In this document: in pieces, positions 50,233 to 64,000 of the stretch
How positions within the stretch are numbered: the first letter of the stretch is position 1
Layout: every line of letters begins with the position of its first letter
Assembly (NCBI GenBank): GCA_043228905.1
Contig: JBHGNT010000001.1
Location: forward strand, 29,636,001-29,700,000
Source of the DNA: Azolla caroliniana
Taxonomy: Eukaryota > Plantae > Polypodiophyta
Length of the DNA: 64,000 bases
Direction of reading: 5' to 3'
Program-made: the position numbers and the translations under genes
Notes under the pieces: generated by a model
Seen by the model: only the letters and a program-made list of their open reading frames with translations
Told to the model about the DNA's origin: nothing
Database searches by the model: none

Positions 50233-51590
50233 TTTTGGGATCATGTAAAGGGTTGTCATAGGGATACATTGCAGAAGGTCCATGCAAAAGTATAGAATGT
50301 TGGCGATGGTTTATGTCATTGGCACTACAAGATCAGGCAAACATACTCCATGGAATCAGGGGCGGATGGACTATGAGATTGAGAATCATTAACGCTCTAC
50401 TAATTAGGGAATCTGCTACTCAAAGGACGACAATGGAGAAATGGATAGGCCACGAGGAGGAGGGATCTCTGATCTCAAGAGGTAGGGGAACACCAAACAG
50501 ACTCAAAGGCTCTGAATTGCGAGACACTTAAACACCAACACAAAATAACGCAATTCGAGTACTCGCGTATACTGGTCATAAATGGATTGTAGATCTTGAT
50601 CGATCAAAGTACAACCCGATTGGCACATATGTACTCATGAAAACACATGGCTACGTAAGGTTAGTTGGGACCCTTTGCAATGGGCATGATGTGATCCCTA
50701 CGCAGGGCAAGGAAGCAAACCCATCCCTTTCTTCCAATTCACAACTAGATTGGGTCGCCACATTCTATCTGCTCAAACCACCCGAGAGTCGGTTGTTGTG
50801 AAGGTCTGGCACACATTTCAAGTTCCTCCCACAATAATCACCAAGTTTTGGCAGAAAATCTGGAAATAACAACACGCGAGGCGAATTACCACGTTCCAAT
50901 GGCTATTAATACATAAGTCCCTACTGGTGGCAACATGGCAACATGGGAACCTTAGCTCTTCTAATTGTGTCGAGTGCCCACATGCAGTAGAATCAATACG
51001 ACACGCTCAGTGGGACTGCCCATCGTCCCATCGAATATGGCGGGGAGTTGGGCACTTGTTGCAATTATGCCAGGTGCAAGGCTCAATCAAGTGGGGAAAT
51101 ATATGTTGGCTATCATGGCAAGCCGCAATTGGCAGATACGAGCATTAGGAGGAGGGGATGACTTTGGTGATAAAAGCACAAGAGGTTTTTTTCTCCTCCA
51201 ACGACAATGTCCACTCCACTCCTCTTAATGAAAAATCTCAAAAGGTGTTGGAATTGGTCAACCCAATAACTCTTTGGATTCTATGGAAACAACAATATAG
51301 GCAAATCTTCTCCAACCAAACCGCACATCCAACAAGGTTACTGCAAGAGATATGGAGTGAAACTGTAACCACTCTGAAGAGCCAATATGATGGCCTTAAG
51401 GGCGGCTCCAAGGGAGTTGAAAGACAACGAATAGCCTTCATCCAACAATGGTCGTCCTGTCCCTTTCTTGAGTCAGTGGGCATCCACATAAGATGGAACT
51501 ATCGCGTCCCTTTCGGGATTTGTACATAATCGTCTCATTTGTAAAAATTTATAACTAATGGAAGGAGTTTTTTTTTGGAAAAAAGAAGAA
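50233..51590 (+). mobile_element. 5'-truncated LINE 3' end, same family as 44635-48690, opposite orientation
   Basis: Near-identical peptides (LQDQANILHGI, CVECP, LVNPITLWILWKQ) and the same 3' UTR and tail. Confidence 0.9.
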
Positions 51591-52399
51591 GTTATCAAAC
51601 CATTTGATTCAACACCATCTTTGGCATAAGCTTGTAATTCTTGTTCTTAATGTCTACGAAAAAGCCAAATTTCTCTATTTTGCTTTCTCTTCCAAATATT
51701 GTTTTGGTTTCAACATTTGCCATTAGGATTGTAATTGCCACATGTAAATGACACAATGTTTTTTACGAATACCAAGAAGCCTTTGGAAAAAAAAATTACA
51801 TTTTGAATAAGTTGAGCACTAACAACCCTAAATGATGATTATGCTTGTGAAGACCCAAAATAATGATAAGTCATACATTGTATACAATAGTGAGCCACTT
51901 GAAACTATAGGAAGCTTTAAAAACCTTGGGCTTGAGATTCTCTCCAATCATAGATAGAAAAAGTCATCATTGTCGATTAGAAGTGAGAAAGATGGTTCAC
52001 TTTGCATCCGAGAACAGATGCTATGGAGGATTATTTTTTCCCGGCCATGAGGAGAAATTAAGTGTTGGGTTAATAAATACCTTCTTGACACTTTAATGAC
52101 ACTACTACTTCTTTATGGGGTTGAAGTGACCACTTGGAAGTGAGAAAGGGTCTTCACTATGGATTTGAGAGCATATGCGAGGGAGGAAGTGCAAGGTTCT
52201 TAAAAATTACATTTTGACACTTAATCAAGGACATTAATGCTTCTTTCTAGGGTACCATCCTTGAGTAGTCTACTTAGAAAGAGTTGTCCAAAAGTAGTTT
52301 CTTATTAAAAAAATTTAAGTCAAGCTACATTAACCACATTGAGATTGTGGGCATGGAATGGGTTATTGAATACATGCTTACAACTCAAAAATGTTTTGC

Positions 52400-54100
52400 A
52401 CATCTTTCTTTTCTTTTCTTTTTCTTGTTAAAGAAAGATGCACCTTAGTATATTACTTTGAGAATTGTACATAGAGAAAACAGAAGGAGACAATTCATCT
52501 CACTTCTATTATGATACAAAGGCTAGTATAAGCATATTATCAAACAGATAATGTCATATATGAAACAAGTGGAGCAATAACTACGAGCTATGCAATAGAA
52601 AAGAAGGTATCGCATAATTCCACCTTAGACATGAAGTTGTATCTGAAAATAAGTGAAGCCTTTGCCATCGTTTCTTAAACGCCACTTGACGTTGCCATAG
52701 AACATCAATCGAACCCTGTAGATCATCATCTTGATCACATATTGTGTGGACAAATAACATCTAGAATTCAATAAGCACGGTGTGGAGTTGTAAGTGAGCA
52801 TTGTTAAAAACACATCAAATCTCGCTTTCCTTATTATCCAAAGAGCCAACGGATGTAATAATACGCCAAATAACCAGATTTTCAATTCTGAACCGTCGAA
52901 TAGAAGATGGAAATGAGGTGAGATAGAGGTGTCCATGGGAAAACTGAAAAACATGAGAAGTATGCATACTTTCATACCTCATAACATCTCCATAAAGGAC
53001 ACGGCATAATACTACAACCCAAGAGAAAATAGAACGAGAATAATGTTGTCTCGATAATAAAAACAACTTACTCCAAAATTGTTGGAAATTGGGACATAAC
53101 TAAAACACATGAAAAATAGATTTCATAAATGCATCACAATGCATTCTAGAAGCATATTGCTGATTTTGCCTCAACCAATCACCAACAGGAAAAGCATAAT
53201 GAATCAATAGCCAACGAAAATAAACAACTTTTTTCGGTAATTGCATACTCTACAACCATTTCCAAAATTTGGCAAGTTGCAATACATGCACATTATTCAC
53301 AATCCAATGCTTCATGGCAACAGTGATTGCAACAACAAATTTCTACCTAGCTTAACCAAATATTGGAAAAACTCCAAATGTTTACCATTTCCACCAACAC
53401 TCGGTTTTTTCCATTGATAATCAGCCAAATCCCAGAGGCTTCTTTTGAAAAACCCACAATGAGCAACACAACAAGCATTCTTGAAAGGGTGGATCTGAAA
53501 AACCATTTTTTTCTTGATCGTGCAACTACTTGAATAGTCGAAACATTGGCACACATCCAATGCAAAAAATACATGCCACAACCTACCATCATCATCCACA
53601 TTAAAGTATATAGCATCCCCCGCACTGTTAGTTACTTTAACTCCTAAAAATAACTTTTAAAGAAGAGAAATAACCAAACCAAATATGATTACTAGAGGGG
53701 GACCATGAAGCCATAAATTGTCCCAATGCCAGTTGCATATCATTGCACATAATAGTACCTCCTTGAATTGAATGCATTGACAAAGATTGTAACGGAATTC
53801 ATAACATAGCGTCCCCATGCTAGAACGTTACCTACAACTGATGCATCCAAAGAAGCCCAATTCAGCCTAGGACGGCTACCAAGCAAGAAATCCCTCGCAT
53901 CAGAGAAGAGAAAATTCCAAGTCAAAGGCTGTCTCAACAAGTCATCCATTGTCAATGACATTTTTTGAATGAGAAAATTTTTAACAACATACCAACTTGT
54001 GAGAATTTCATTAAAAAATCTATCTTCTAGTAAGGTTGTTTTGCACATCTTCTTCCAATAATTGCATGAGAAGTGGGTAAAATGTATATCTTCTATTTGA
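52400..54100 (-). mobile_element. Decayed LINE 3' region
   Basis: LRQPLTWNFLF, LWDLADYQW, FRWLLIHYAFPVGDWL and LALWIIRKAR-like remnants. Confidence 0.6.
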
Positions 54101-54364
54101 CATCCAAGGACAACAATTGAATCTATTTATACCCCTCGTTTGAAATATATACTCATGACTCCACCCCCTAGTTACATCGTGGATGGAGCTCTATACTAGT
54201 AAATTTTAACACTTGTATTGTTACTTGTTACATTGATCATAACTTACATTCCTATTCCTAGGTTAATATCCATGGGCAAGGATCACAAACATAAATAAGA
54301 CATGTCACGCAACCTATGAAGTAATTCAATAAAAGACATTTTTTTATCATCTCCATTGCTACAC

Positions 54365-54784
54365 TAACAATCGGCAACGATTCGATTTGGTTTGAGAGTG
54401 TCCAAACCAAACCGTTTTAAAATCTTGAAGCCTGAACCGAACTGAACCACGAAACCGTTTGGTAAAAAACTAAACCGTTAAACTGCTAAAACCACAGTTT
54501 CGTGGTTCGGTTTTGGTTTTCAACTTAAGTCAAAATTCAAATTTTAAAATAATTTTTTTTTAAATTGTAAAGATTTTTCCTAAAATGTGAGAATTAGGCT
54601 TAAAAATAAAAAAATTTGTTTAAAACAAATTTAATTTTTAATTTTTAATTATTTTTTAAAATTTTAAAAATAAAAAAAACCATCAAACCGTTTAAACCTT
54701 TAAAACCGAATTGAACCGAACCATTTAAACCGTTAAGTCGTGGTTTCATGGTTTGGTTTGAAACCGAATCGTTGCCAATTGTTA
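54365..54784. mobile_element. hAT-type MITE, copy 2
   Basis: TIR TAACAATCGGCAACG / CGTTGCCAATTGTTA. Flanking direct repeat GCTACAC. Internally similar to 48752-49124. Confidence 0.8.
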
Positions 54785-56699
54785 GCTACACTCTATTACC
54801 ACTTACCCATTGTTTGACATGTGTGTAGTGTGTCTCCCCCCATTTCAATACAACCCTCCATGCACATAATCCATGAGAGAGTGAGAGGGTATCTTAAAGT
54901 TAGAGGTTTATGTCCCCATCAGAACAAGTATGTTTTAGGCGTTCTATTTGAAAACTTACGAGTACTAACATAAATTGAATAACATTTTTTGTTTTTTTGG
55001 GAGGGAGAGGGGTTGATTTAAAAAGTGTTTTGGTATATATATTGCAAATACAAAAGGTATGTAAAGGTGTGAAGAGATGAGAAATTATTTCGACTTAAAA
55101 GTGCTTTAGTAATTATTGTTTCCCAAAATTTCTTTCATAAAGTAATAGACGTTGACTACTTTTAAATATCTTTTCTTTTAGCGTTTCATATTAGTTCTTG
55201 AACCCTTAGCTTATCATCAATGTCCTAGACTCCCAAAATATCTTCATCACATATGTTAGAATTAATTTAATTTAAGACGACTACATTTTCCAATATTTAT
55301 AGACTTGCAATGGCAATGCTAGTGTTAATATTGGTAATAATGATGAGGGTTCTAAAATGTCCGTATCATTTACATATCCATATTAGTAAATTGGTTGATT
55401 TTTCTTTTTATAAACACGAAATCAAGATTAAAAATATTCACATAGATGTTCATCTCTACTGTATGATTCTTCTATATTGATATATGGCCCATGGTAAAGT
55501 CACATGGGGCACATAAGTTTGGACAAACCTCACAATCCCAAGGATTTCTATCTCTAGAGTCTAAATGGTTAAACAAATTGGGATTTGTTTTCTCAAAATG
55601 TAAAAGCTTTTAAGAATGTTAAGCAACTAACAATGTCCATATAATATGCATATTGCAATTGCTTTATTAGATTCACATCTTGATGCTTTTAGAGAGATGA
55701 AAGTTGAGGTTTTCTTTTTCACCTTTTACTTTTTAAATGACCATGAAATTTGTAGTTTTCATGAGTGGTGCAAGAAAACAGATTTCACTTTTTTTTACGA
55801 GATCAGGTCATAAGACAACCTTTGGTTTAGAACTTGTAGTTTCCAAGTCATGGCATCCTAAACTAATATGGATGGATTCCTTTATGGACGTTAAACAACT
55901 CCATCACTTGCCAGTAGACAATAAAAGTATCTACAACATGATAATTGATGACCCACATTAGGGAAAAGTTAAAAGCATATCATGGTGTGGCAATCGAGAA
56001 GGCTGGGTTGGGAGGCTTGTGGTGGCAAAGAATAACGAGACATATAGTGATGATTGCAACACATGGCCACATAAACATGACTCATGAATTTCGATGAGAT
56101 GTTTTCACATTGAATCTCCGGTTCATGCTAATATCTCAAAATTTGGAAGTTTCAAAAATCTTGACATTTCAAGTCGCCATTGGAACTTGAACATTGCATG
56201 ATAGATGTTGATGTCGATATAACAAATATTCAACTAAACTTTTTTGCAAGCTCATGTCTCAACATAATAAATATACTCTCATTGAAAACAAATAGGCTAT
56301 TACATAATAGATTTAGACCATGATCGTCAGTACAAAGGGTTATCAACTTGTCAAATATGATTGCAAAATATTTTAGAGTTCACCACGAATAATGCAATAA
56401 TGCAAACTTAAGAGATTCGTAAATTGCACAAATGCATTACATGAGTTTGTGTGAAAGGCTTGTACCATACCAAATCAAATATGCATGTCAATACATGTTC
56501 TTGTATACTCTATGAATTCAGTATATATATTTGCAACCCCACTCACCATCTCATGTACTCTAGCTCCTTTTTCCGAACCAATGTCCACATCATTCTAACC
56601 TAGAATGCTCCTCAAGGACAAGTATCAAAGTGTTTAATCGTCATCACTAGTTGCATCAGTTAGGGGATTTAATCGGAGTAGATTAGATGCTTATATACT

Positions 56700-59600
56700 A
56701 ACAAAGATGGTCAATTGTCTGAAATACCAACAGTGAAATTATTATATACTAAAGAAAAATTGTTGCTGGCATATGTGAAATTACCTTGTTTGGAAAATGG
56801 GGTATGTGGAAAGAGGCAAAATAAAAAATGTTGGTTTACCGAATCAATGTTTTTTATGTAAAAGAATAGGACATTTAGGTAAAGAATATCCATTATCAAG
56901 TAAAGCTCTATTAGATGTTGCTAATGATGTGCCACAAACAAGTTTTGGGGGTCCTTGGGTTCAAGTTGCAAAAAGATACATTGTAAAAAAGACAAGCCAT
57001 GATACATCCAAATGGCAACCTAAGAAGGATAATATATATCATTTGTTAACCGACCTAGGAGAAGGATAAACTCCGTTGACGAAAGATTTGAGAAAGAAAG
57101 TACCTGACAATAGACATTCTGGCAACGAGATTGTAAAGTAATACAATCACGGCTGGATGATCCTAAATTCGATGTCCAAACATACAATAACGAACATCAA
57201 GAATAATTGGTCAAGTGGACATAGCAATGTTACAAGAACATCATCTAAATGAAAGGCGTACTAAAGTATATGGCTCACTATTGCTTGGAATTTGGAAAAT
57301 GTATTGGGTTTCGGCATATGGATCAACACAAATCCAAGGTGGATTATGTATGGCTATTCGTGACATATGGCAAGTATATATGTTGAATATTTTGCTGTTA
57401 CGAAGAGCACAATATGTTATCATTAACTTTCATAATAAAAAGGTTGGCTTTCTGAGTTTGTATGCTCCCAATTCTTCTAGAGAACGATTAAAGATGTGGA
57501 TAGAGTTGGATCATTCATTCCTAGTTGTAGATAATTGGTGTGTCGCAGGAGACTTTAATATGATTGAGGATCCTAATGATAGGAGTGGTGAAGGTGGGTG
57601 GAGTAACATAGCATACTTCAGAATTATCATCATGGGAAAAATTTACTATAAGTAGAAGGTTGTTGCATGTTTGGCATTTACCATCCTTTGGAAATTTGCA
57701 GAATCCCTTAGAATTTTCTAGCTATGATAGGAGATTAAATGGGGCAAATCGGTCAAGAATTGAAAGGATTTATGTTCATGATCTATTTTTGGAGATATGG
57801 GGGAGTGTTGTCATTAATCCAGGCATGACTTTTTCCAATCATGCCCCTGTTGTGCCACAAGTTAATGATGGGAAAAAACATAAGAAACAAGAGAGCATGA
57901 GGATTCCACCATAATTGTTTACAAAAACCTTAGTTATTGAACAAGTTATGTATATATGGAGGCAAACTTTATTGCAAATTGGAAATATGGAAGATAATGT
58001 GGCTTTAGCAATATTACATATTAATAGTTTCCTAATTTCTTGGGCATAAGGGAAAAGGGAAAGACATAAACAAAAAATTATCAGAATGCATTGTGCCTTG
58101 ACATAGTTGCAGCATTTCCAAGAAAGGGATCCATCATTTGAATGGACGGAAAGTGCCCTACATAATGTGAAATAGGAATTAAGAAATATAGAGGACAACA
58201 TTCTACAATTTCAATATCAAGCTTTTGTTTCAAAATGGACACAAGTAGGTGACGACTAAGTAAACAAAATGTTTTTTCCCAAGTTGCACCGAAATGGTCA
58301 ACAATAGGGATTAAACAACTAGGGAGCGAGGATGACTCTTTAACAGAATATGAGTCGGAAATTGTACAATTTACTAAAACTTACTATACTAATTGTTGTT
58401 TGTTGGAGTTATTAATGATTATGTTCATGCCAATAGGACGCGGGTGTGGGACAAAATTAAGCCCAAAGTCGCAAAGGAAATGAAGGTTCCATTATTGAAG
58501 TCCTTTGACATTATGGAGATACATAATGGACTTAAAGCTTTAAGTCTTATGTCTTGTCCAGGGGAGGATGGAATTACTATACATTTTTCCTCAAATATTG
58601 GGGAAAACTTAACAAAAGTTTATCAAATAATTTTTTATATTGGGTGTATGCCCTGTAGTATGGCAATTGGATTGATTTATTTAATATCTATGAGTGAGGG
58701 TATGTCGGACAATATAAAAAAAATGGAGAACATTAACTTTGCTTAATACAGTATATACAATTTTTGCAAAAACATTATCGTTGAGATTACAACCTTTGTT
58801 ACATGATTTGATTCATATCACCCAAACAGGTTTCATTCAAGAAAGAAGTATAAAATGCCTATTTTGTTACTTTATTTTGAAAAAACCTATGATCGAGTTG
58901 ATTGGGATTCCTATGTTTTATGGAGTCGAAATGCACTTTCTCCGCAACATCTCAAACAATTTTGGAAATTGTTGTGGGGCATAAAAAGGAGTAAGAAAAG
59001 TGTTTGTTTCAGTTGGTTGTTGGTTCATAGAGCTATACCAGTTAATGGTTGGCAAAAGGGGAATGTAGACAATATGTGCCCTTTTTGCATGGATCAGTAG
59101 AGACCGCCAATCATTGTTTGCGGAGTTGTGGTTTTGCGATGGAATTAAGGAAAATAATCATAACACCTTCATACCAGTATTCCTCCAACAATGTATACAT
59201 GGGGAGCGGTATTATGGGTGGTGGTACAAGATAAACCAACGCTATATGAACAAGAGGAGGTTGCAAATGCTATATTGTTATGACACATGAGTTGATGCAA
59301 AAAACATTGATAACTTTGAATGCACAAATCGAGATTGATAAACCGGAAAAATGGCAATTGGTAAGTAGTATTACAACTTGGTATATTTGGAAGGCTCGAT
59401 ATTTGAAGGTATTTTAAAATGTGACCAAAAGACCTGCCCAAATAACATTTGGGATTTGGATAGAGATTGTGCATAAGCTTAGAGGTTCTTTGGATAATAT
59501 AAAAGGTAATACGCAACAGGTAGAGCTCAAGAGATTAGAGTTTCATGCCATCTAGGACAAAGGCATATTTTATAGACGGATTTTTGATGAGGTGGAGTGG

Positions 59601-59745
59601 TTCTACTCTACACCGAAGTATTTATTTAAGCCGACGGTTAGAATTTAGAAAAGGAGCTCTACTGAAAGGTATATCTTGTATGTATAGCCTTAGGGCGTTT
59701 CTTAATACTAATGTAGTACCTTTTTTTGGGAAAATAAAACAAAAT
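56700..59745 (+). mobile_element. Decayed L1-like LINE (ORF1 zinc knuckle, endonuclease, partial RT, zf-RVT) with internal deletion
   Basis: CFLCKRIGH, LQEHH, YAPN, WCVAGDFN, RIERIY, CPGEDG, QTGFI, FEKTYDRVDW, then an abrupt jump at ~58905 to FSWLLVHRAIPV. A-rich end at ~59735. Confidence 0.8.
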
Positions 59746-62548
59746 AGGAAATCTCTAATGTCTTCTTGCTTGCCTAACTTTCCGTCTCTTCCTCTACCTT
59801 TTCATTTGACTGAATTTGTTGGGTTCCTTCCCCTTAGTGCTAATAATGCACAACTTCTTGTGACATTTATATATCTTTGTTTAACTTATTGAACTTGTTG
59901 TTGTCTTCATCTTAGTAATTATTTATTAATTCCAATCATCCATGTTTTGTATGTCAACGACTGACAAGGAGGCGCTTTTGAGATCACAAGATTTGTAATT
60001 GGTTAGGAGTCTCATTATAGTGAAGATAGTTTGGTTCATGGTTGCGTACGCGTAAGAAACTACCTCCTTCTAGCAAAAGCAACATTCATGAATACAAACC
60101 CATTCATACATAGTTTTTTTTTTCGTTTCATTGATTTGGTCTAAGAGTCCTATAATTGTAAATGTAGAATTTGTTCTTTCTCTATCCTCCACCCCCATGG
60201 GCCATCACCAAAGTAATAAGCTTTCGCTTCCTTCAAACTTTGTCTCTTTCCCTCTTGTCTCTTACTTTGTTGCACTTTGTTTTACTTCTCGAAAAGTATG
60301 AAAGTGTATTTTCTTGCTTGAGTATCCATGTAATCATTTCAATAATTAAATGATTCTTCTTTTTGAGGGATATTTTTCTTTTCATTACCATATAAGGTTC
60401 ATTTCTCATAACAAAAGAATGGACTTGTTTGGACAAATCCCGTAGGTGCAATTAATGCTTGAGGAACTTCCTAACGAGGAGTATTTGTGAGAAAAATAAA
60501 TCTAATATCCTCTAGCATGATGTCTTAATGGTAATACACAAATACATGATGCGATTATATGTTTCTTATAAACATTTTATATATATAGTAACACAATCAT
60601 GTTGCATGTCCCATCTTCGTAAATTTCGTGTTTCAAACATTTTGGAATAACTTTATACAACATGATCTAGTTTGAAACTGAAAGTAGACATAAGGCCTCT
60701 TAAACATTTTTACAACAATTTGGAATAGCTTTACACAAAGGGATCTAGTTGAGGCCTCCTTACACATTTCCACATAACGCTTTCATATTCATTAGCAACA
60801 TAGCAATATTTGTGGATGATATCTGATAAATATGAAATCTATTTATTATCTCTATACATACTTAGCTCTCTCGCCAAATGCAAATGATCAATAACCTTCA
60901 CCAAACACATGAAGATATAGTACAGTTAAAAATTTGGTAACCTAATTCTTGTTAAATAGCTCAGAGATCCCTCCACATGAAGTATCCCTCTAGATGGAAT
61001 GGCATTTAAAAGTGAAAAGTATTCCTTCTTTCCGATGTTGAAAGGCAACTACCAACACTCATTGAAATCTTAATCAATGCACAATGGTTTTTGGCCCAAT
61101 CAAGTAAATAACTAGAGGGCGGGCAAGTCCTCTCTTTATAAGTGGTTTATCTTTTGCAATGATGGAGGTTGTGGAGGTTGTCTACTACCTGACAAAAGAC
61201 TAACCCATGTTATAGACCTTAGACTTAGACCATGATGGAGGTTGTCTACAACTAATCTTCATAAGCTAACATCCATGTGCATATATGTACATCTATTAAG
61301 TACTTGTTATACCTTTCACTATCATGGACATAAGAAGCAATATAACGGAGAGGGAGAACATGTAAAACCTTGGAAAGGGATTGGTATCCCCATAGCATGG
61401 AAAAGGACAAAAACAAAAACACTAATGTGAGGGAAGTATATATCAACTGTGTGGCTCTTCCCCATAATATGAAATAGAAGTATAATATCAACAAAATCAC
61501 TTAAATGCCAGGGGAAGTATAATATCAACTTTTTTCTTCTTTCAAGAGATTACATATTGTAGAAATTCCTCTCTATTGCTATCAAAACTATAGTTCTTTA
61601 GTAGAACGAAGAGGCTATTTTACTTCATATTTCGGCAATAGTTGGAACTTGAGCTTCTACAAGCTCAAAGATGAATTTGCCAGTATTACAAATACAAACA
61701 TTTCCTCTTTCCATCAGTTCAATCAGTTCATCAAAAACCAAAGAATTCCAAGTTCCAACTCTACTCTTTATCATTCCTTATTATTGCACAACTCTCCCTA
61801 ATGCTGGAACTGTATGAGATTCTACAAGGGTCAACTAATATATATCTTCGCATATCAACCTTCCAAGTGGATTAACAGCAGTCAGGCTCTACCTTGTCAC
61901 AATAACTACAAAAGTGGGCATAACAGCACTAATCTACATTTGCAATCAAATGAATGATTCGCACACTAGGAAAATGCCAATGTAGAGAGCAAACATAAAA
62001 AATACATAAAATGCTGATCTTTATACTAATGGTTCCTTTTTTACATTTTTTCTCTCCTATAATTCCTTTTTTATTACATCACTACAACAGCTGTCGCCTC
62101 ATATATAATGTCTGCCAAAGTGACACAAGAAATTCATTCCAAATTTCAATGCAAAAAAATGAAGAATTTCTTTAAATTAGTTCTTCAATGAATTGTCTAG
62201 ATTTATAATATTTCAGATACAAATAATCGCCGCCGATGCAACAATAATTGCAATGAAAGTCATTTCAGGGTTTTTGAGTTTGTTGTTTTCTTCTGTATTG
62301 GGGTAGAGTATATAAAAGGAGAGAAGAGGAGATACATACAGCATAGTTTTTTTAACTATGCTTTCTACTCTTTAATAGCTCGCCCTTTCAGAACTATGTA
62401 TAAAACATCATAATACATTCTTTCCTCTATTCAAGGCAATTTTGAAACTCTTTTCTTTCCACTTCATTTTTTGTTTTCTCTGACTTAATAGGACGTTGTT
62501 GGCAGTTGCAAGAAACCAAGATCCAACAAAGTGTGAAATGGAAACTCT

Positions 62549-63530
62549 TTAAGCAATCAGTAATGAATAGAAAATCAATGGAAGAAAAGCATTATCAAGT
62601 TGTGTTGTATAGGCTTCCATTAACCCTGTATATACAACTGCTATCATCAATGAATGTAACTGCACAGAAAAAGAAACCAAAAAACCATCAATGAATGTTT
62701 GAGATCATTCTCTCATGCAATGAAGAGATAAAAACAGTAGTAATAAATATAAATATGTTTTACCTCTATACTTGTGATGTCCACATTCATAAACTTTAGG
62801 ATTATTAGGCATGCCACCAAAACTGATACAATTCCGGCTACGGTACCTTCCAATGTTTTCTCTGTCAAATCAAATCATCAAAAACCAAAAAATCTCTCAA
62901 GACAGATTACAAAGAACAAGTTTTCTTTCTACATTAATCAAATAAGTTACACAATACTTCAAAGAAGTATCTCGTAAAACAAAACCACCGATCAATTAAA
63001 GATTTTTGCGAACGTGAAAAGACATTACTGTTGGCATGACTTAACCGAAGGGATCCAAAATTATATCCAACAACAGATGCCTGCCATTAAGATGCAAAAT
63101 ATCAGTCGTGATATTTCTATTTATTATGCCAATTTGTAAAACGTTTTACAGTGAATGACAATATTTTAGAGAAAAAACATGCAAAAGAAAAAGAAAAGAA
63201 AAGAATGTCTGGAGTAAAACATAAGCACACCATTGTGTCTCCGATGCCAATACTGAAGACTCCAGCAAAGGGTGCAAGGGGTCGGTCACCTAGGGAGTTT
63301 GTGAGCCATACTGGCAAAGCACAACCTAAGAGAAGCGAAAAGTGACTGCAAGTGATAAAGATATAAAATATATACAGGTAAGAACATGGATTTAGAAGAT
63401 ATTGGCATTCTCTCTAGGGTTTAAGGAAAATAATTACTAACCTTATGATTAGGAGATCAGAATCTCGACTATCAGTAAAGGCTGCCATGAACTTATGAAT
63501 ACAGTCTCCAAACGGTGGAATTCGTAATAC
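62549..63530 (-). CDS. DOK1: Dolichol kinase (EVAN/DOK1-like), 3' five exons; the 5' part lies beyond the window
   Basis: In-phase GT-AG exons 63442-63530, 63231-63345, 63029-63080, 62764-62861, 62549-62659. Motifs AFTDSRDS, SHFSLLLGCALP, GIGDTMASVVG, KKTLEGT and EAYTTQLDNAFLP-stop. Confidence 0.92.
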
Positions 63531-64000
63531 CTGATAAAAAATATAAGACATTAAAAGAGTATCTTAGTTCTTGTGATTGAATGCTCCAGATACTTACATT
63601 TTAATGATTCTTATATCTCTTTTATAAGAACGAAAAACCCATGGGCTTAAGAAAATCATGAGCAAGGGGGAAACTTTTATATAAACAAACACAGAAAGGC
63701 TAAGAAAGAGACGTAAATTACAAAAATGCAATAAATAACAATAAAAGAATCACAAAAAGAGAAGCAATAGAAAATAAAAGTTAGAAACCAAATAATATAT
63801 ATAGAAACTAGGACGACCCGCATGGCTTTAGATGCACAAATTATATTCTCATCATGATTTCATTGGCAATTATGACAGAAAAACATTATACTCTATTTAT
63901 GCACTACATTAAATTTGTTGGATATGTCAATGCATGAAAGCATATGATGCTACATGGCTTTAGATGCACAAATTATATTCTCATCATGATTTCATTGGCA

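Overview
Eukaryotic, AT-rich plant genomic DNA, most likely from a non-seed land plant (inference from the TE types and protein divergence). Three spliced protein genes lie on the minus strand: a complete MORN-repeat PIP5K (8 coding exons, ~825 aa), a complete COI1-like F-box/LRR jasmonate receptor (3 exons, ~609 aa) and the 3' five exons of a dolichol kinase. The intergenic space is decayed and nested transposons: Ty3/gypsy and copia fragments, three solo LTRs with TSDs, several L1-like and RTE-like LINE relics, and three hAT-type MITEs. Most notable: (i) a 7.5-kb array of six ~0.95-kb units just upstream of COI1, each carrying a LINE tail and an unidentified CpG-decayed reading frame; (ii) an LTR family with an antisense tRNA-like A/B-box module; (iii) a U2 snRNA-LINE chimera; (iv) substitutions in the COI1 ligand and cofactor pocket. 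All calls were made by eye, with no database searches.
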